This document shows, piece by piece, positions 46,166 to 59,246 of a stretch of DNA of 64,000 bases (its first letter is position 1; each line of letters opens with the position of its first letter). The stretch lies in assembly GCF_003918875.1 (NCBI RefSeq), contig NW_025767546.1:2232001-2296000 (forward strand), in the 5' to 3' direction. The DNA is from Haliotis rubra (Eukaryota). The notes beneath the pieces are model-generated. The model had not been told where the DNA came from and searched no databases. It saw only the letters and a list, made by a program, of their open reading frames with translations. A program made the translations under genes and the position numbers.

Positions 46166-46420
46166 AACCCGTGAAGATACGGATTAGAATTGGCCTTCAG
46201 CAAATCATGCTTGTCGTAATCTTGAGGCAACTAACGGGATCGGGTGGTCAGGCTCGATAACTTGATTGACGTCATCGTATCCCAATTGCGTAGATCAAGG
46301 CTCATGAAACTGATCACTGGACTGTCTGGTCCAGACTCGATTATTCACAGACCGCCGCCATAAAGCTTGAACATTGCTGAGTGCGACGTTAAATAACACG
46401 GAAGGAAACAAACAAACAAA
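46166..46420 (+). mobile_element. Family A retroposon
   Basis: Sequence match; (CAAA)n tail. Confidence 0.8.
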
Positions 46421-46529
46421 CTTACGTTTGTGGGGCAGACCCTCGAACCTACACACCCTTCATGACTAGCCAGACTACGAGTATACTAACAGGGAGAAAA
46501 CAATATGCGCCGTGTGATAGACGCTAAAA

Positions 46530-46705
46530 TTGAAAAACAAAACAAAAACAAAACAAAAACAACAACAGAACAACAACAAAAGAAAAACAACCCCAAAACC
46601 CCAATAACAGACAAACCCAACAACAACAAAACAACAAAAACAACCCAAAAAAACAAACAACAACAAAACAAAAACCCCAAACAAACAAGCAAAACAAACA
46701 AATGC
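46530..46705. repeat. A/C-rich low-complexity tract
   Basis: Direct observation. Confidence 0.9.
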
Positions 46706-48011
46706 AACCAATGGTTTTTCGATGGTGATACACATACTGCAGTGTTTCGGCGACTGTTTTCAGCCTAGTAGCGTTTGAATAACGCCTGTAATCCTCTTGG
46801 GAAAGTGTATACTTTCTTTTGCCCTTCAGTGTGAATAGTTACTCCTAAGTAACAATGATAATGTTTTACTTCTGTGAAGGAAAAAGGAAAAATGTAGACT
46901 GGTGTTTATTTTGAAAGAATTTGAATGAAACAGGCTCATATACTCAATATCCCATATTCTTTAATAAACCTTTGAATTGAATTTCAAATTCTGCCAGAAC
47001 AACTTTTATGTACTTTACACAAAATTAATTAACGGTAAAACGTAATATTATCATTAGTTTATTTTCACAAGTGTATTAAATGAATTGAGTTAGTTAATTT
47101 CTTTTTCAAACCAGACGAAGCTACCACTGACAAGTGTTTGTTGTTTACGAATGGAGCCTCCATTAGTGCAAAACTAATGTCATCTGTTATTGACTCTATG
47201 GTGTATTTAACCGCTATCTTGTGGTGTCCATTGCATAACGGGAAGCGCGCCTAATGCGATGTCAATCACCATTCTCTCATTCACCATTATGCGTTAATGG
47301 CACCAGTCAATAGCATAAAGGTCAAAAGTTCAAGGACAGAGTACACTTCATCAACATGCTTTGACAATCTATACTAACTAGCTACTTACATACACATGCG
47401 ATCAATATCACGGTGAATAATTAATTTATTTACAATTATGTTCTTCGCAAACTTGGGATCAATGGTTCTCTGCTCTCTGTACCGTAACTAACTATTTTTG
47501 CAATGTTACAACCTGACGAAAAGCAGTTATAAAGAGTGTATTCTTGCGATGAGAAAGCATCAATTAGCCGGTGCCCCAGCTCCTAATGATACGCCGAGAG
47601 GGACTTCATCACAAGCTGTACTGACAATGAAGCTCAGTCAGAATTATTCTGTAGGTTGTAAGTTCATTATGTAGGTTCACAAGGAAAAGGGTTGTAATCA
47701 ATATCACCAACCATACTGTTATTTAATTTGCCTTGCAATTTGTCAGCATCGTTTTGCGTGAGTGAGTGAGTTTTGTTGGAGGTCAATTGTTAAATGTCAC
47801 CATCGCATTTGATAGAGATGGAAGGCCTTAACATACGGGTATAACTTTGTCGACGTTCACGTAGTGTAACTGGCATCGAACCTTCTGTAAACTGCTCATC
47901 ATGGAAGTTGTAGTCTTGTCTAAAACTGTGTCTGTACCTCCATCCGTTGTCCACTGAGGGGATGTTATAATGCCTTATCATTCAAAGAGTATCATATCTA
48001 CCACTTCTTTA

Positions 48012-48388
48012 AATAATGGATTTCTGTGGGGCCTGGTATCCAACTCGAAGCTGTTCAACGGCGCATCACAAAGTCTAGGAGGGATTACCCTGAATAACCC
48101 AAGCTGCCTGTGAGGTGCTAGAAGGTTATAGTCACGTGACTTATCCCACCGGGTACCCATTTTCTGCTGGGTGAACAGAGGCAATTTTGAACAAACCTAC
48201 TTGCCTAAGGTGAGACCACATGTATCATATGTGCTTCATTGTGGGGTAGGACTGAAGTGATAGAAACTCTGAGGAATCAAGCTGCCAAACATGGTCACCC
48301 ATCCAAGGGCTCTCCGCACACAGCGTTGCTTAACGTCAAGTGATCTGTGCCCTGAGCTCTCTGCACTGGACCACACATCACCATACAC
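48012..48388 (-). mobile_element. SINE family D, second copy
   Basis: Reverse complement is collinear with 30147-30525; GATCACTTGACGTTAAGCAAC...CTTGGATGGGTGACC. Confidence 0.7.
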
Positions 48389-48749
48389 TTCAGAATTGCT
48401 ATCATTTTAAGTTTGGTAAAATTCAGAACTATCGCCAGCACCTGAGGTGATGGGTAAGGCTGATTTCATTTGAGATCGATGAATTGCTCACTAACACAAA
48501 ATCTAATAAATGCAACAAAACCAAATTTGCTGGTACAACGCTTCTATGCGTTTGCGTATGTGTCTATCTGTGTGTGTGTGTGTGTTTTATTTGTTTGTTT
48601 GTGTTTGTGTTTTTGTGTGTTTTTTGGATGGGTGACTATCTCTTGTTGTCTCGAAATTAGACTACTGCCACAGTCTATTGATCGGTGCCACGAAATCTCA
48701 ACTACAGCGTTTGCAGTGAGTTCACAACACCGCTGCATGTATTGTCACA

Positions 48750-49235
48750 CGAACAGGGAACTATGAACATATCAGTCCTGTTCTTCAAACACTCCATTGG
48801 CTACCAGTTGAACAACGAATCCTCTTCAAAGTCCTATGCATTGTGTTCCGTTGTCTCTCTGGCTCTGCTCCGGTCTACCTCTCAGTATCCTCACTCCATA
48901 TTTGCCTTCTCGATCTCTGCGGTCTCAGAGTAAAAACCTCCTCAAAGTCCCCAAAGTACGATCAACCTTACATGTACGCCGAACCTTCTCCTACTCTGCT
49001 GCAGTAGAATGGAACAATCTTCCTGAGCATCTCCGCCTCTGTACTGATCTCTCCTCGTTCAGGAGCCAACTCAAGACATACCTCTACAAATTAGCTTTTC
49101 ATCGGTGACCCCCAATAATCTCTCTTCTTTGACTTACTTGTATATAGTGACTCGGGAACTCTTCATTTTGTGCGCTTTGAGCATGTCACGGACATGGATA
49201 TATGCGCTATATAAATAGTCTATTATTATTATTAT
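48750..49235 (+). mobile_element. 3' end of an L2/CR1-group LINE (ORF2 C-terminus, 3' UTR and (ATT)n tail)
   Basis: HISPVLQTLHWLPVEQRILFK...PSRSLRS...WNNLPEHLR...FRSQLKTYLYK* (with a frameshift), then GCGCTATATAAAT..(ATT)n. Confidence 0.85.
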
Positions 49236-49246
49236 ATTTGTGGCTA

Positions 49247-49282
<36 letters not shown>

Positions 49283-49379
49283 TGTGTCTGTGTGTGTCTG
49301 TGTGTCTGTGTGTCCATGCTTGTGTTTCTGTTTCTACGTCTGTGTAATTGCATGTATGTGTGTCTATATCTGTGTCTGA
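49078..49379. repeat. Left copy of ~300-bp direct repeat (putative long TSD)
   Basis: Near-identical to 51026-51297 apart from (GT)n length and a few substitutions. Confidence 0.9.
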
Positions 49380-51025
49380 AATACAAGTTATTCGAGTGTG
49401 GAGTTAAAGGCTCCTTGTGGACTGTTCTTGACGACATGTACACGGGAATGATGTGTCGAGTTTTCCTTGACTCAATGTGCTCTAGGCCTATCCCCATGAT
49501 GCAGGGTATCAGACAAGGTGGTGTGCTGTCAGGGAAGTTGTACCTGCTGTACATAAACTCCCTACTCCAGAAACTCTCTGAGTCGAATCTCGGCGCTGTC
49601 GTGATGGACTTAAGCGTGTGTTCTCTCACTCAAGCAGATGATGTAGCACTCATTTCATCAAGGCTCTCTGCCCTTAGAGCGATGGTGAGGATTTCGGAGG
49701 AATACAGCAACGACTGGAGATACGTACTGTCCTCCTCCAAGAGTGAAATTGTCACTTTTCCATACCGGCCGAGATCTCAGCAGCTAGAGCAGGTTGAAGT
49801 CAGGTTGTATGACCAACCTCTCCCATGGAAGGAATCAATCCGCCATGTTGGAATAGTCTTGTCAGGAAACATGTCAAGCATAGAGCATGTGACGCTAGCT
49901 GCCATTTCCTTGCGGTCCGATGTGAGATCACTGACAGCTTGTGGGTTTCACCCACGGTTTACAAACCCAATCATCAGCCTGACAGTTGTTAACCGTGTGT
50001 TTCTTCCCAAAGCCCTGTACGGGTCGGAACTGTGGACTAACCTTTCCAAAGTTGAGATCTTAATTCTGGAGAGATCTTACAGACACGTCATTAAATCAAT
50101 CCAAGACCTGCCTCGTACCACTCGAACTGATAGTTGTCATGGACTCCTTGGAGTGTTGCCTCTAGAGGCAGTTATAGACCAGCGTAAGTTGTGTTTCCTG
50201 GGTGGTCTCTTGAATATGGACCACAGATATCTACCTCACAAGCTGTTCATATCCCGGTTGATGGGCTACTTGCACAACGTCTCATCGTCATCGTTTGGAT
50301 ATGTGCCTGATGTAGTCAGGGTGCTTAAGAAGTACCTACTCTATTGTCACTTGGAAAAATTCCTAGAATCAGGGTCCTTCCTAGGGCGTTCGAAGTGGAG
50401 GAGAATAGTGAAGACTTCAGTCAGAGAGTATCATGTAGCACAATGGAACAGTCGGTTGGCAGATGACTCTGATCTTCACAAGTTCCAGCGGATACATCGC
50501 CAGCTTGAAGTCCATCCTGCATGGAAGGTGTCATTGCTTGATGCATCACTCAGACGGCAAGCTTTGTCATCAAAGCCTGTGCTACAGTGAGAGACCTATG
50601 TGAAGAAGGGCTGTGTCATCGGTGTGTGATGATGTACGGTGACCCCCCTCACGCACGCCGTAGTTGTGTGTGGATACACAGATGTAACTCGGGACGAACT
50701 GTGGACAGGCCTAATCAATGTTGGGCCAATCGAATTCAGCGTGAAACTTCACAACATGACCCCAAATGAACTTACCGAGTGCTTGTTGTCGTGTACAACC
50801 GACTTTCCTCTGATCAAAGAGGACTTGATTGAGTTTTCCACTCTGTGCATAAAATACATCACCATGATGTACAAAGCTGTGTTCCAGTGACTCATTGTGA
50901 CTCTTGCATTTGACTGACTAAGAAAACGTAGTATTGGCTCAAATGCGCATGAAAATCCTGAAATAAGTGCATAAATATTGTCTCTTTCTGTACTCTTCAG
51001 TATGGAGGAATAAAAGATTATATAT
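49380..51025 (+). mobile_element. 5'-truncated non-LTR retrotransposon (RTE/RTEX-like): reverse transcriptase plus C-terminal CCHC knuckle
   Basis: About 400 open codons with RT motifs QGIRQGGVLS, LYLLYINSLL, QADDVALIS, RHVGIVL and LYGSELW. A frameshifted tail LCHRC..DP/LTHAVVVC ends at 50890, followed by a 3' UTR with AATAAA and a (TA)n end. The N-terminal ~60 aa of track ORF 49202..50590 is only flanking microsatellite. Confidence 0.9.
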
Positions 51026-51194
51026 ATACCTCTACAAATTAGCTTTTCATCGGTGACCCCCAATAATCTCTCTTCTTTGACTTACTTGTATATAGTGACT
51101 CGGGAACTCTTCATTTTATGCGCTTTGAGCATGTCACGGACATGGATATATGCGCTATATAAATAGTCTATTATTATTATTATATTTGTGGCTA

Positions 51195-51233
<39 letters not shown>

Positions 51234-51297
51234 ATGCTTGTGATTCTGTTTCTACGTCTGTGTAATTGCATGTATGTGTGTCTATATCTGTGTCTGA
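51026..51297. repeat. Right copy of ~300-bp direct repeat (putative long TSD)
   Basis: Duplicate of 49078-49379. Confidence 0.9.
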
Positions 51298-52404
51298 GTC
51301 TGAGTCTAGAAAATCGAGATAGATCTTATTTCTAGTCACTGGGCAGGTGTGTTCGGAATACATCAGAAGCCATTGTTTCATTTTAACGAAGCAGCGTTTC
51401 AGTTTTCCACTGAAATTTAATCGTTCTTTGATAAATGTCAGATATGTCTTGTATTTCATTATAATGACATTGCTCGTCAGGTGGCGGTGCCTTCTAGACA
51501 CATGGGCCATTTGCCAGTCTCTCATTATCTATGTTCAATGGAGGTTCTGCATGGCAACAACGCTTTTCTGAAAGTAGACACAATCGATACCGTCGACCAT
51601 GTCGCAACAGCCGTGCACGTCCTACGATGTCGTCTACCCAGATTCCAGGACAGAACATTATCCGTAAGTCTCAGAGAGACAACTAGGTATCTAACCCTCC
51701 ATTAGACATTGTTCATAATGAGCTGCACGCCAGTTGTTAAGTACAGCAAACCGGTCTACTATACCTCTGCCTCGTGTCTGTTGTGCCAGATGGCCGACCG
51801 TGTGCTCTGACAATATAGAACTCATCGGGATATTTGTTAAATCGATGTAGAGAAGCAGATATTTATATTTCCGAATCGATCCATGACAAATCTTTGGAAC
51901 AAGGGGATAAAATGCTCATTAAGTACAACAGATGCAAAGAAGCAAAGGCTGTCTCCTGTATATGGTTGGGCTGAATGTTGTTTTCACCGTTATCTATTTC
52001 AGGTTTATCAATACGTGTCTGATACACACTTTTTCCATCTTCGCGACAGCTAGGACAAGGAATATAACAATCATTCTCGTCACGTTTGACAGAGAGTATT
52101 CGGTTCAAGTCTAAGTTGCGATCCATAGACAGATAGTGGTAAACATCATGATGCATTTGTCCTCAACGTCTGTGCTCGGAATACACTGGTATTCTCGAAC
52201 GGTTCTGAAGTTAACACATAACGGTAATAAAAATAATGGGCATGTTGATTTGACAGGTATAGAAAAAAAACACACACAAACTGAATTTCTATGGAAGTAC
52301 ATATAACTGACAATAGGTACGTATTGAATAGAAAAAATCTCTCACCCAACACCCATCAAATTACCATTTTGAGCACATTGCTGTCTTTCTTCTTTGGGAC
52401 TGGC

Positions 52405-52600
52405 ACACGTGAAGATCCGGGTAAGAATTGGCCTTCAGCAACCCATGCTTGTCATAAGTGGGTGGTCAGCCTCGCTGACTGGGCTGACACATCGTATCCC
52501 GATTGCGTTGCTATATGCTCATGATACTGGATTATCTGGCAGACCGCCGCCGCATAGCTTGAATATTGCTGAGTGCGGCGTAAAACAACAAACAAACAAA
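52405..52600 (+). mobile_element. Family A retroposon, internally deleted
   Basis: Sequence match. Confidence 0.7.
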
Positions 52601-52736
52601 ACCAATCTGTGCATGGTACTGTTACACACATGAAACATTAAGATGTTATTCAAAACGAAATAGCCGCATTTGTGTGGTGAACAGTTTTGGTGATTCCATT
52701 ATTCTGTTCAATTCTTTTATACTTTGTTTATGGTAA

Positions 52737-52976
52737 TCATGACGTTCGCGGTGTTCACGGCGTTCATGGTGTTCACGATGTTCGCGGTGTTCACGGTGTT
52801 CATGATGTTCACGATGTTCGCGGTGTTCATGGTGTTCACGATGTTCGCGGTGTTCATGGTGTTCGCGCTGTTCATGGTGTTCGTGATGTTCGCGGTGTTC
52901 ATGACGTTCGCGGTGTTCATGGTGTTCATGATGTTCATGGTGTTCAAGGTGTTCAAGGTGTTCATGGTGTTCATGT
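52737..52976. repeat. 9-bp tandem repeat (GTTCATGGT variants)
   Basis: Direct observation; about 26 units. Confidence 0.92.
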
Positions 52977-53622
52977 TACTGCGGAAGGAGGATTTACACC
53001 AAGAGCTGATGCGTTGAGTCGACTGTAAGTGAAACAACATCACGTGATCGAGGTGGAATAATTGATTATGTCTGGTCATACAGACGTGGTACACGCGGTT
53101 CAGAAGGGGAGCTTAGAGATAGCGAATTGAGGAGCGGATTAAAGAAGACTGGTTTCAAGAGTGATTGGCTAAATGGGGTCATGATTCGTTTACTAGAAGT
53201 AATGGAGGTCTCACATAGGTCGCACCGATCTAGAAAAGTCGCTGACAGTCTGTCACTGTGACCTGTTGACCATTGCAGTCTGGTCGCCAGGGGCAACAGG
53301 CCACGCCTGTCGGCGCCAAGCCAGTTATATTTTGGTTGCCGTGACCTTATATCACACAGAGGAATCTGATACATAAAATAGAAACCTGAAGCCGTTGTTT
53401 AAACAGTATTGGATAAAGTGGCAATTCCCTGGCGTCAGGTAACATGTGAATAGGTATAGCAAATAACGAGAACAATGCCAACCAAGGCGTGATCTAATGT
53501 TAGAGGGTTATATATTGTATTTCGTCATTCGCCACGTAATGCATGCTGTACAACAGAACAACCCCGTCAATCCGGACAAGCGATACATTACCTTACAGTT
53601 TCGTCAGCGTGACTATTAAGCA

Positions 53623-53860
53623 GACCCGTGAAGATCCGTGCTAGAATTGATCTTCAGTAACCCATGCTTGTCGTAAGAGGCGACTAACGGGATCGGTTGG
53701 TCAGACTTGCTGACTTGGTTGACATATGTCATCGTATCCCAGTTGTGTAGATCGATGTTCATGCTGTTGATCACTGGATTGTCTGGTTCAGACTTGATTA
53801 TTTACAGACCGCCGTCATATAGCTGGAATATTGCTGAGTGCGGCGTAAACCAACAAACCA
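53623..53860 (+). mobile_element. Family A retroposon
   Basis: Sequence match. Confidence 0.8.
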
Positions 53861-55049
53861 AAGACTACAAAGCAGATCGTGTGTGAGCGTGCGCTCATGT
53901 GTGTCTGTGTGTGCGTGAATGTGCCTATATTTGTGTGTGTTTGAGCGTTTGTGAATGTTTGAGTGTGTGCGTGTGGTTGCGCGTGTGCGTGCATGTATGT
54001 GTGTGTCATTCGGAATTCTGGGTGTCCGGTTTACCAGGGTTCTGTATACGGAGGGACTCACCCCGTGTACTAATTCACTACTGGCAGCTGATCACAATGT
54101 TTAAAGTGCAATCCAGGCTCCTGCATGACGAAACAGAGAGAGCACAGCCCAGTGTGTGCCTTCCCATTGTCCCAACTCGTCAGAAGTATCCCAATGCACC
54201 ATTATTGCAGCATGCATTATGGCTTGTTCAACTATCCTTCTGTTCGCCTTTCATAAAACCACGCAAAGACCCGTGCTGTCGCACTCCGTTATACTGATTC
54301 GTCACTGATTCGTTAGATGGAAAGACATCCTTCCTCAGATGACCTTCGGGATTCAAGGTCAGAGTAAATTTCCAGCATCCTTGGTTTGAGTCACGTGGGA
54401 GGATGAACACATCTGCAGTATCATATCCTTGGTATTGTCAATCCATGGGGCACTGCAACGGAGTTCAGGGCATGGCAGTGTACTTCAGGTCATCGCAGGG
54501 CTTTCGGTGGAAGACTGTGTGAATCCCCAGAACTCATGGGCTTTCCAGCTTGAGGCAGACCTCAACAATTATTTCTTATTTAATAAAAACAAGAGACCAT
54601 TCATTATAATTGTATTATGTTTGTGCAGATTAGTATCCTAATTCACTTATTAATCTTATCTAGACTCGGTGTTTACGTTCATTATCGATCTTTTTACCTT
54701 GGCATTTGAAACTTTGACCTCAGTGGTACAAACGGGAGTTAATCCAAGTTTCTTGAATGATAATAATACTACTACTTTGGTTGTGCATATTTGTGTTTGA
54801 TCATATTCATGTGATATAAATTTGCAAATCTAATAAAACAATTTTTTGGTGTTAGTGACAGGTCAAGGTTACCATGGTTGTCTGATCATGCAAGGAGTGA
54901 TTGCGGTGTTAAAAGAAGACTTGCCAGCTTGTTATTATTACATAGTTGTTTTTAAGTTTATACAGAATTGGATGTGTTTTACAAGTAGATCAGGCAGTGT
55001 AACAATACTCTCCGTGAAGCCATTGCAGTATCAGTTCTACAGCCATTCA

Positions 55050-57350
55050 ATCAGAAGGTCACGTTGTGTATCATTGCTATATGTGCGTCCATTGGGCATG
55101 GAGTGTATCAATACTATCTGAGCTACAGCTATACAATCATAAGGTCACGTTGTGTATCAATACTATCTGAGCTACAGCTATACAATCATAGGTCACGTAG
55201 TGTATCAATACTATCTGAGCTACAGCTATACAATCATAAGGTCACGTTGTGTATCAATACTATCTGAGCTACAGCTATACAATCAGAGGGGTCACGTTAC
55301 TGTATCAATACTATCTGAGCTACAGCCTACAATACAATCATATAGGTCACGTAGTGTATCAATACTATCTGAGCTACAGCTATATACAATCAGAAGGTCA
55401 CGTTGTGTATCAATACTATCTGAGCTACAGCTATACAATCATAAGGTACGTTGTGTATCAATACTATCTTTGTAGCCATTGGCCATGTAGCCTACCACAT
55501 ATACTATCTGTGCTGCATACAGCTATACAATCAGGGGTCACGTACTGTATCAATACTATCTGTGCAGCCATACAATCAGAGGGCATGTAATCTACCAATA
55601 ATACTATATGAGCTACAGCCATACAGTCAGAGGGTCACGTACTGTATCAATACTATCTGTGTTACAGCCATTGGGCATGTAGTCTACCAATACTATCTGT
55701 ACAGCCATTGGGCATGTAGTGTATCAATACTATAGGAGCTACAGCCATACAATCAGAGGGTCACGTAATACTATGTATCAATACTCTATAGGGCTACAGC
55801 TACACTGTATCCATACAATCAGAGGGTCATGTACTATATCAATACTATAGGAGCTACAGCCATATAATCAGAGGGTCACGTACTGTATCAATATATCTAT
55901 CAGTAGCTACAGCCATACAATCAGAGGGTCACGTACTGTATCAATCACTACTATGAGCTACAGCCATACAATCAGAGGGTCACGTACTATATCAATACTA
56001 TAGGAGCTACAGCCATACAATCAGAGGGTCACGTACTGTATCGATACTATAGGAGCTACAGCCATACAATCAGAGGGTCACGTACTGTATCAATACTATA
56101 GGAGCTACAGCCATACAATCAGAGGGTCACGTACTGTATCGATACTATAGGAGCTACAGCCATACAATAAGAGGGTCACGTACTGTATCAATACTATAGG
56201 AGCTACAGCCATACAATCAGAGGGTCACGTACTGTATCAATACTATATGAGCTTCAGCCATACAAAGAGATGGTCACGTACTGTATCAATACTATAGGAG
56301 CTACAGCCATACAATAAGAGGGTCACGTACTGTATCAATACTATAGGAGCTACAGCCATACAATCAGAGGGTCACGTACTGTATCGATACTATAGGAGCT
56401 ACAGCCATACAATCAGAGGGTCACGTACTGTATCAATACTATATGAGCTTCAGCCATACAATAAGAGGGTCACATACTGTATCAATACTATAGGAGCTAC
56501 AGCCATACAATCAGAGGGTCACGTACTGTATCAATACTATATGAGCTTCGGCCATACAAAGAGATGGTCACGTAGTGTATCAATACTATAGGAGCTACAG
56601 CCATACAATCAGAGGGTCACGTACTGTATCAATACTATAGGAGCTACAGCCATACAATCAGCCATACAATCAGAGGGGTCACGTAGTGTATCAATACTAT
56701 AGGAGCTACAGCCATACAATCAGAGGGTCACGTACTGTATCGATACTATCCATACAATCAGGGGTCATGTACTGTATCAATACTATAGGAGCTACATAGG
56801 CCAGCCATACAATCAGAGGGTCACGTACTGTATCAATACTATAGGAGCTACAGCCATACAATCAGGGGATCACGTAGTGTATCAATACTATAGGAGCTAC
56901 AGCCATACAATCAGAGGGTCACGTACTGTATCAATACTATCTGTGAGCATTGGGCAGCCATATCTGTGCACATCAAGAGGGTCACGTACTGTATCAATAC
57001 TATCTGTGCAGCCATTAGGCATGTAGCCTACCAATACTATCTGTGCTACATCCATACAATCAGAGGGTCACGTACTGTATCAATACTATAGGAGCTACAG
57101 CCATACAATCAGAGGGTCACGTACTGTATCAATACTATCTGTGCTACAGCCATACAATCAGATGGTCACGTACTGTATCAATACTATCTGTGCGGCCATT
57201 AGGCATGTAGTCTACCAATACTATACAGTATATATGAGCTACAGCCATACAAGTCACGTACTGCATCAATACTATCTATGTTACAGCCATACAATCAGAG
57301 GGTCACGTACTGTATCAATACTATCTGTGCAGCCACTGGGGATGTAGTGT
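55050..57350. repeat. 49-bp minisatellite
   Basis: ACTGTATCAATACTATAGGAGCTACAGCCATACAATCAGAGGGTCACGT; homogeneous centre, diverged edges. Confidence 0.95.
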
Positions 57351-57984
57351 ATGTTTACGCATGCAGTCATTACAGAGTGAGTATCATAGCCACTCAATTA
57401 TAAGGCCATGCCCGGGGTAGTCCAGTGTTATCCCAGGGGTACAATCCGGCCTACCCAGTCAATCAACTTCATCCGATGGAGACGGACACACTATTCCATC
57501 TCCTGTAATTCTGCATGAGCTAAATTAATTGCTTGCCATGCTATATATTTACCCCCAGGTCTCCAATTGTCTGTCTGTGCCAGGACCATCTCCACAAATT
57601 AGAAACATGCGGAATTTTTATATCTATGAATGATTGATATTCTCTCGACTCGTGTCTGTGGAAGGCACACATGTGTACGTGACTATCGGTAGGTCGTTGT
57701 GGTCCTCGTCCAGCGTTGGGTGTTTGGTTGGATTGACAGGGGAGTGAAAATAGTTTTGGTGTCACTGCCTGGGAGCACTGGAGGCTGTATTAAATGGATC
57801 TAAGCTTAAATGACAATGTGCTGCAGGGTTTGTAACAACTCTTGGTCATTGATGTGTATCTGATATTACTCTCGATTAAGAGGCTTGGCGGATCCGTTTG
57901 CCGTAAATTATGGTCAGGACAGTGAGTGAGTGAGTGAGTGGCCAACGATGACACTTGAACCAATTAATTTTTTTAATTAAAATT

Positions 57985-58100
57985 TTCGTATGATTCGTTT
58001 TTTCCAACCACAATTAGAATGTGGAATGAACTTCCAGTTCAAGTGAGAAAAAGCGTGTCATTGAATTCTTTTAAATCTATGACTGATGCTGAGTTTAGTT
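57985..58100 (+). mobile_element. Short CR1/L2-type LINE ORF2 3' remnant
   Basis: Translates DSFFPTTIRMWNELPVQVRKSVSLNSFKS (SFFPxxxxxWNxLP motif). Confidence 0.7.
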
Positions 58101-58248
58101 AAATGTGTTGATGATGTTTCGGAGTTCCTCTTCGTAATGTTTCTCGTCGCCCAATGGAAATACTCATATTCTTGTGCCGTGAGTGAGTGAGTGAGTGAGG
58201 ATCAAACCCAAAACATCAAATATAGCGAAGGAGGTGGTGCTCACAGAA

Positions 58249-58481
58249 ACCCGTGAAGGTCCGGGTTAGAATATTGATCTTCAGTAACCCATGCTTGTTG
58301 TAAGAGGCGACTAACGGGATCGGGTGGTCAGGCTCGCTGACTTGGTTGACACATGTCATCGCTTTCCCAATTGCGCAGATCGATGCTCATGCTGTTGATC
58401 CCTGGATTCCGATTATTTACAGACCGCCGCCATATAACTGGAATATTGCTGAGTGCGGCATAAAACTAAACTTACTCACTC
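58249..58481 (+). mobile_element. Family A retroposon
   Basis: TSD GTGCTCACAG. Confidence 0.85.
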
Positions 58482-59008
58482 GTGCTCACAGGAGTCAAAC
58501 ATGCCATATACTGCCACACATCCAACCACTCTCAGCCGTCAGTGCTTCTTTACGTCATCCTACTCAATAACTCAGTGAGTGAGTGAGTGAGTGAGTGAGT
58601 GAGTGAGTGAGTGAGTGAGTGAGTGTGTGACAAGCACCATATTTTCGGGGACCTATTTAAAACAACCGGGCGTATGTTGGTAAAAGTAGAGAAAATATTG
58701 TCCCAGTTACAAGTACCTGAGTAAGATGTGGCTGTCTTTACTGTATACTGCAAATGGACATTTTCTTTATGAGGATCCGCTCTACGCGGTCAAGAGTCTC
58801 TAGGAATGCTGACGCAGGACTTGTATTCACATCCACAAATGCGACCGTGGACATGAATACACAGCCAGCATTAGCCGAGGCAATCACTCGCTTGGAGGCA
58901 GCAGCTTTGTAGACCCAGCGGAAGCAGTTTGGAGGCGGAAGTATTTTAAACTCCCCCACACTATCACACTACTCTGTTATATACAAGTACGTAGGGCTCA
59001 CGGGTGGC

Positions 59009-59246
59009 TATGGAATCCGAGAAGGGACATTGTCGCGTTGTCGCATTGTCGCCCTCTCCAAAACAAGTAAAATGAGGCAAAATAAACCAAAACGCGACAC
59101 GCGACATCGCGACATTTCGCCCATTTGTCGCATTATCGCGATGTCGCGTATCGCGTTTTGGTTAATTTGTCTCATTTTGCTGGTATTTAAGAGGGCTACA
59201 ACGCGACAATGCGACAACGCGACAATGTCCCTTCCAGGATTCCATA
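59009..59246. mobile_element. Palindromic MITE with TAT..ATA termini and 6-bp TSD (IS3EU-like)
   Basis: GGTGGC|TATGGAATCC...GGATTCCATA|GGTGGC; internal TGTCGC/GCGACA subterminal repeats. Confidence 0.8.

Noticed and set aside
49202-49379. Hydrophobic N-terminus of the 462-aa ORF as a signal or TM segment fused to RT
   Set aside because: It is read-through of the (ATT)n/(GT)n flank that is duplicated at 51026-51297 and is not part of the element.
52687-53028. GVH/DVR His-Gly-rich ORF as a metal-binding or structural protein
   Set aside because: The 9-bp repeat lacks stops in several frames on both strands, and there are no convincing splice sites or ATG context.
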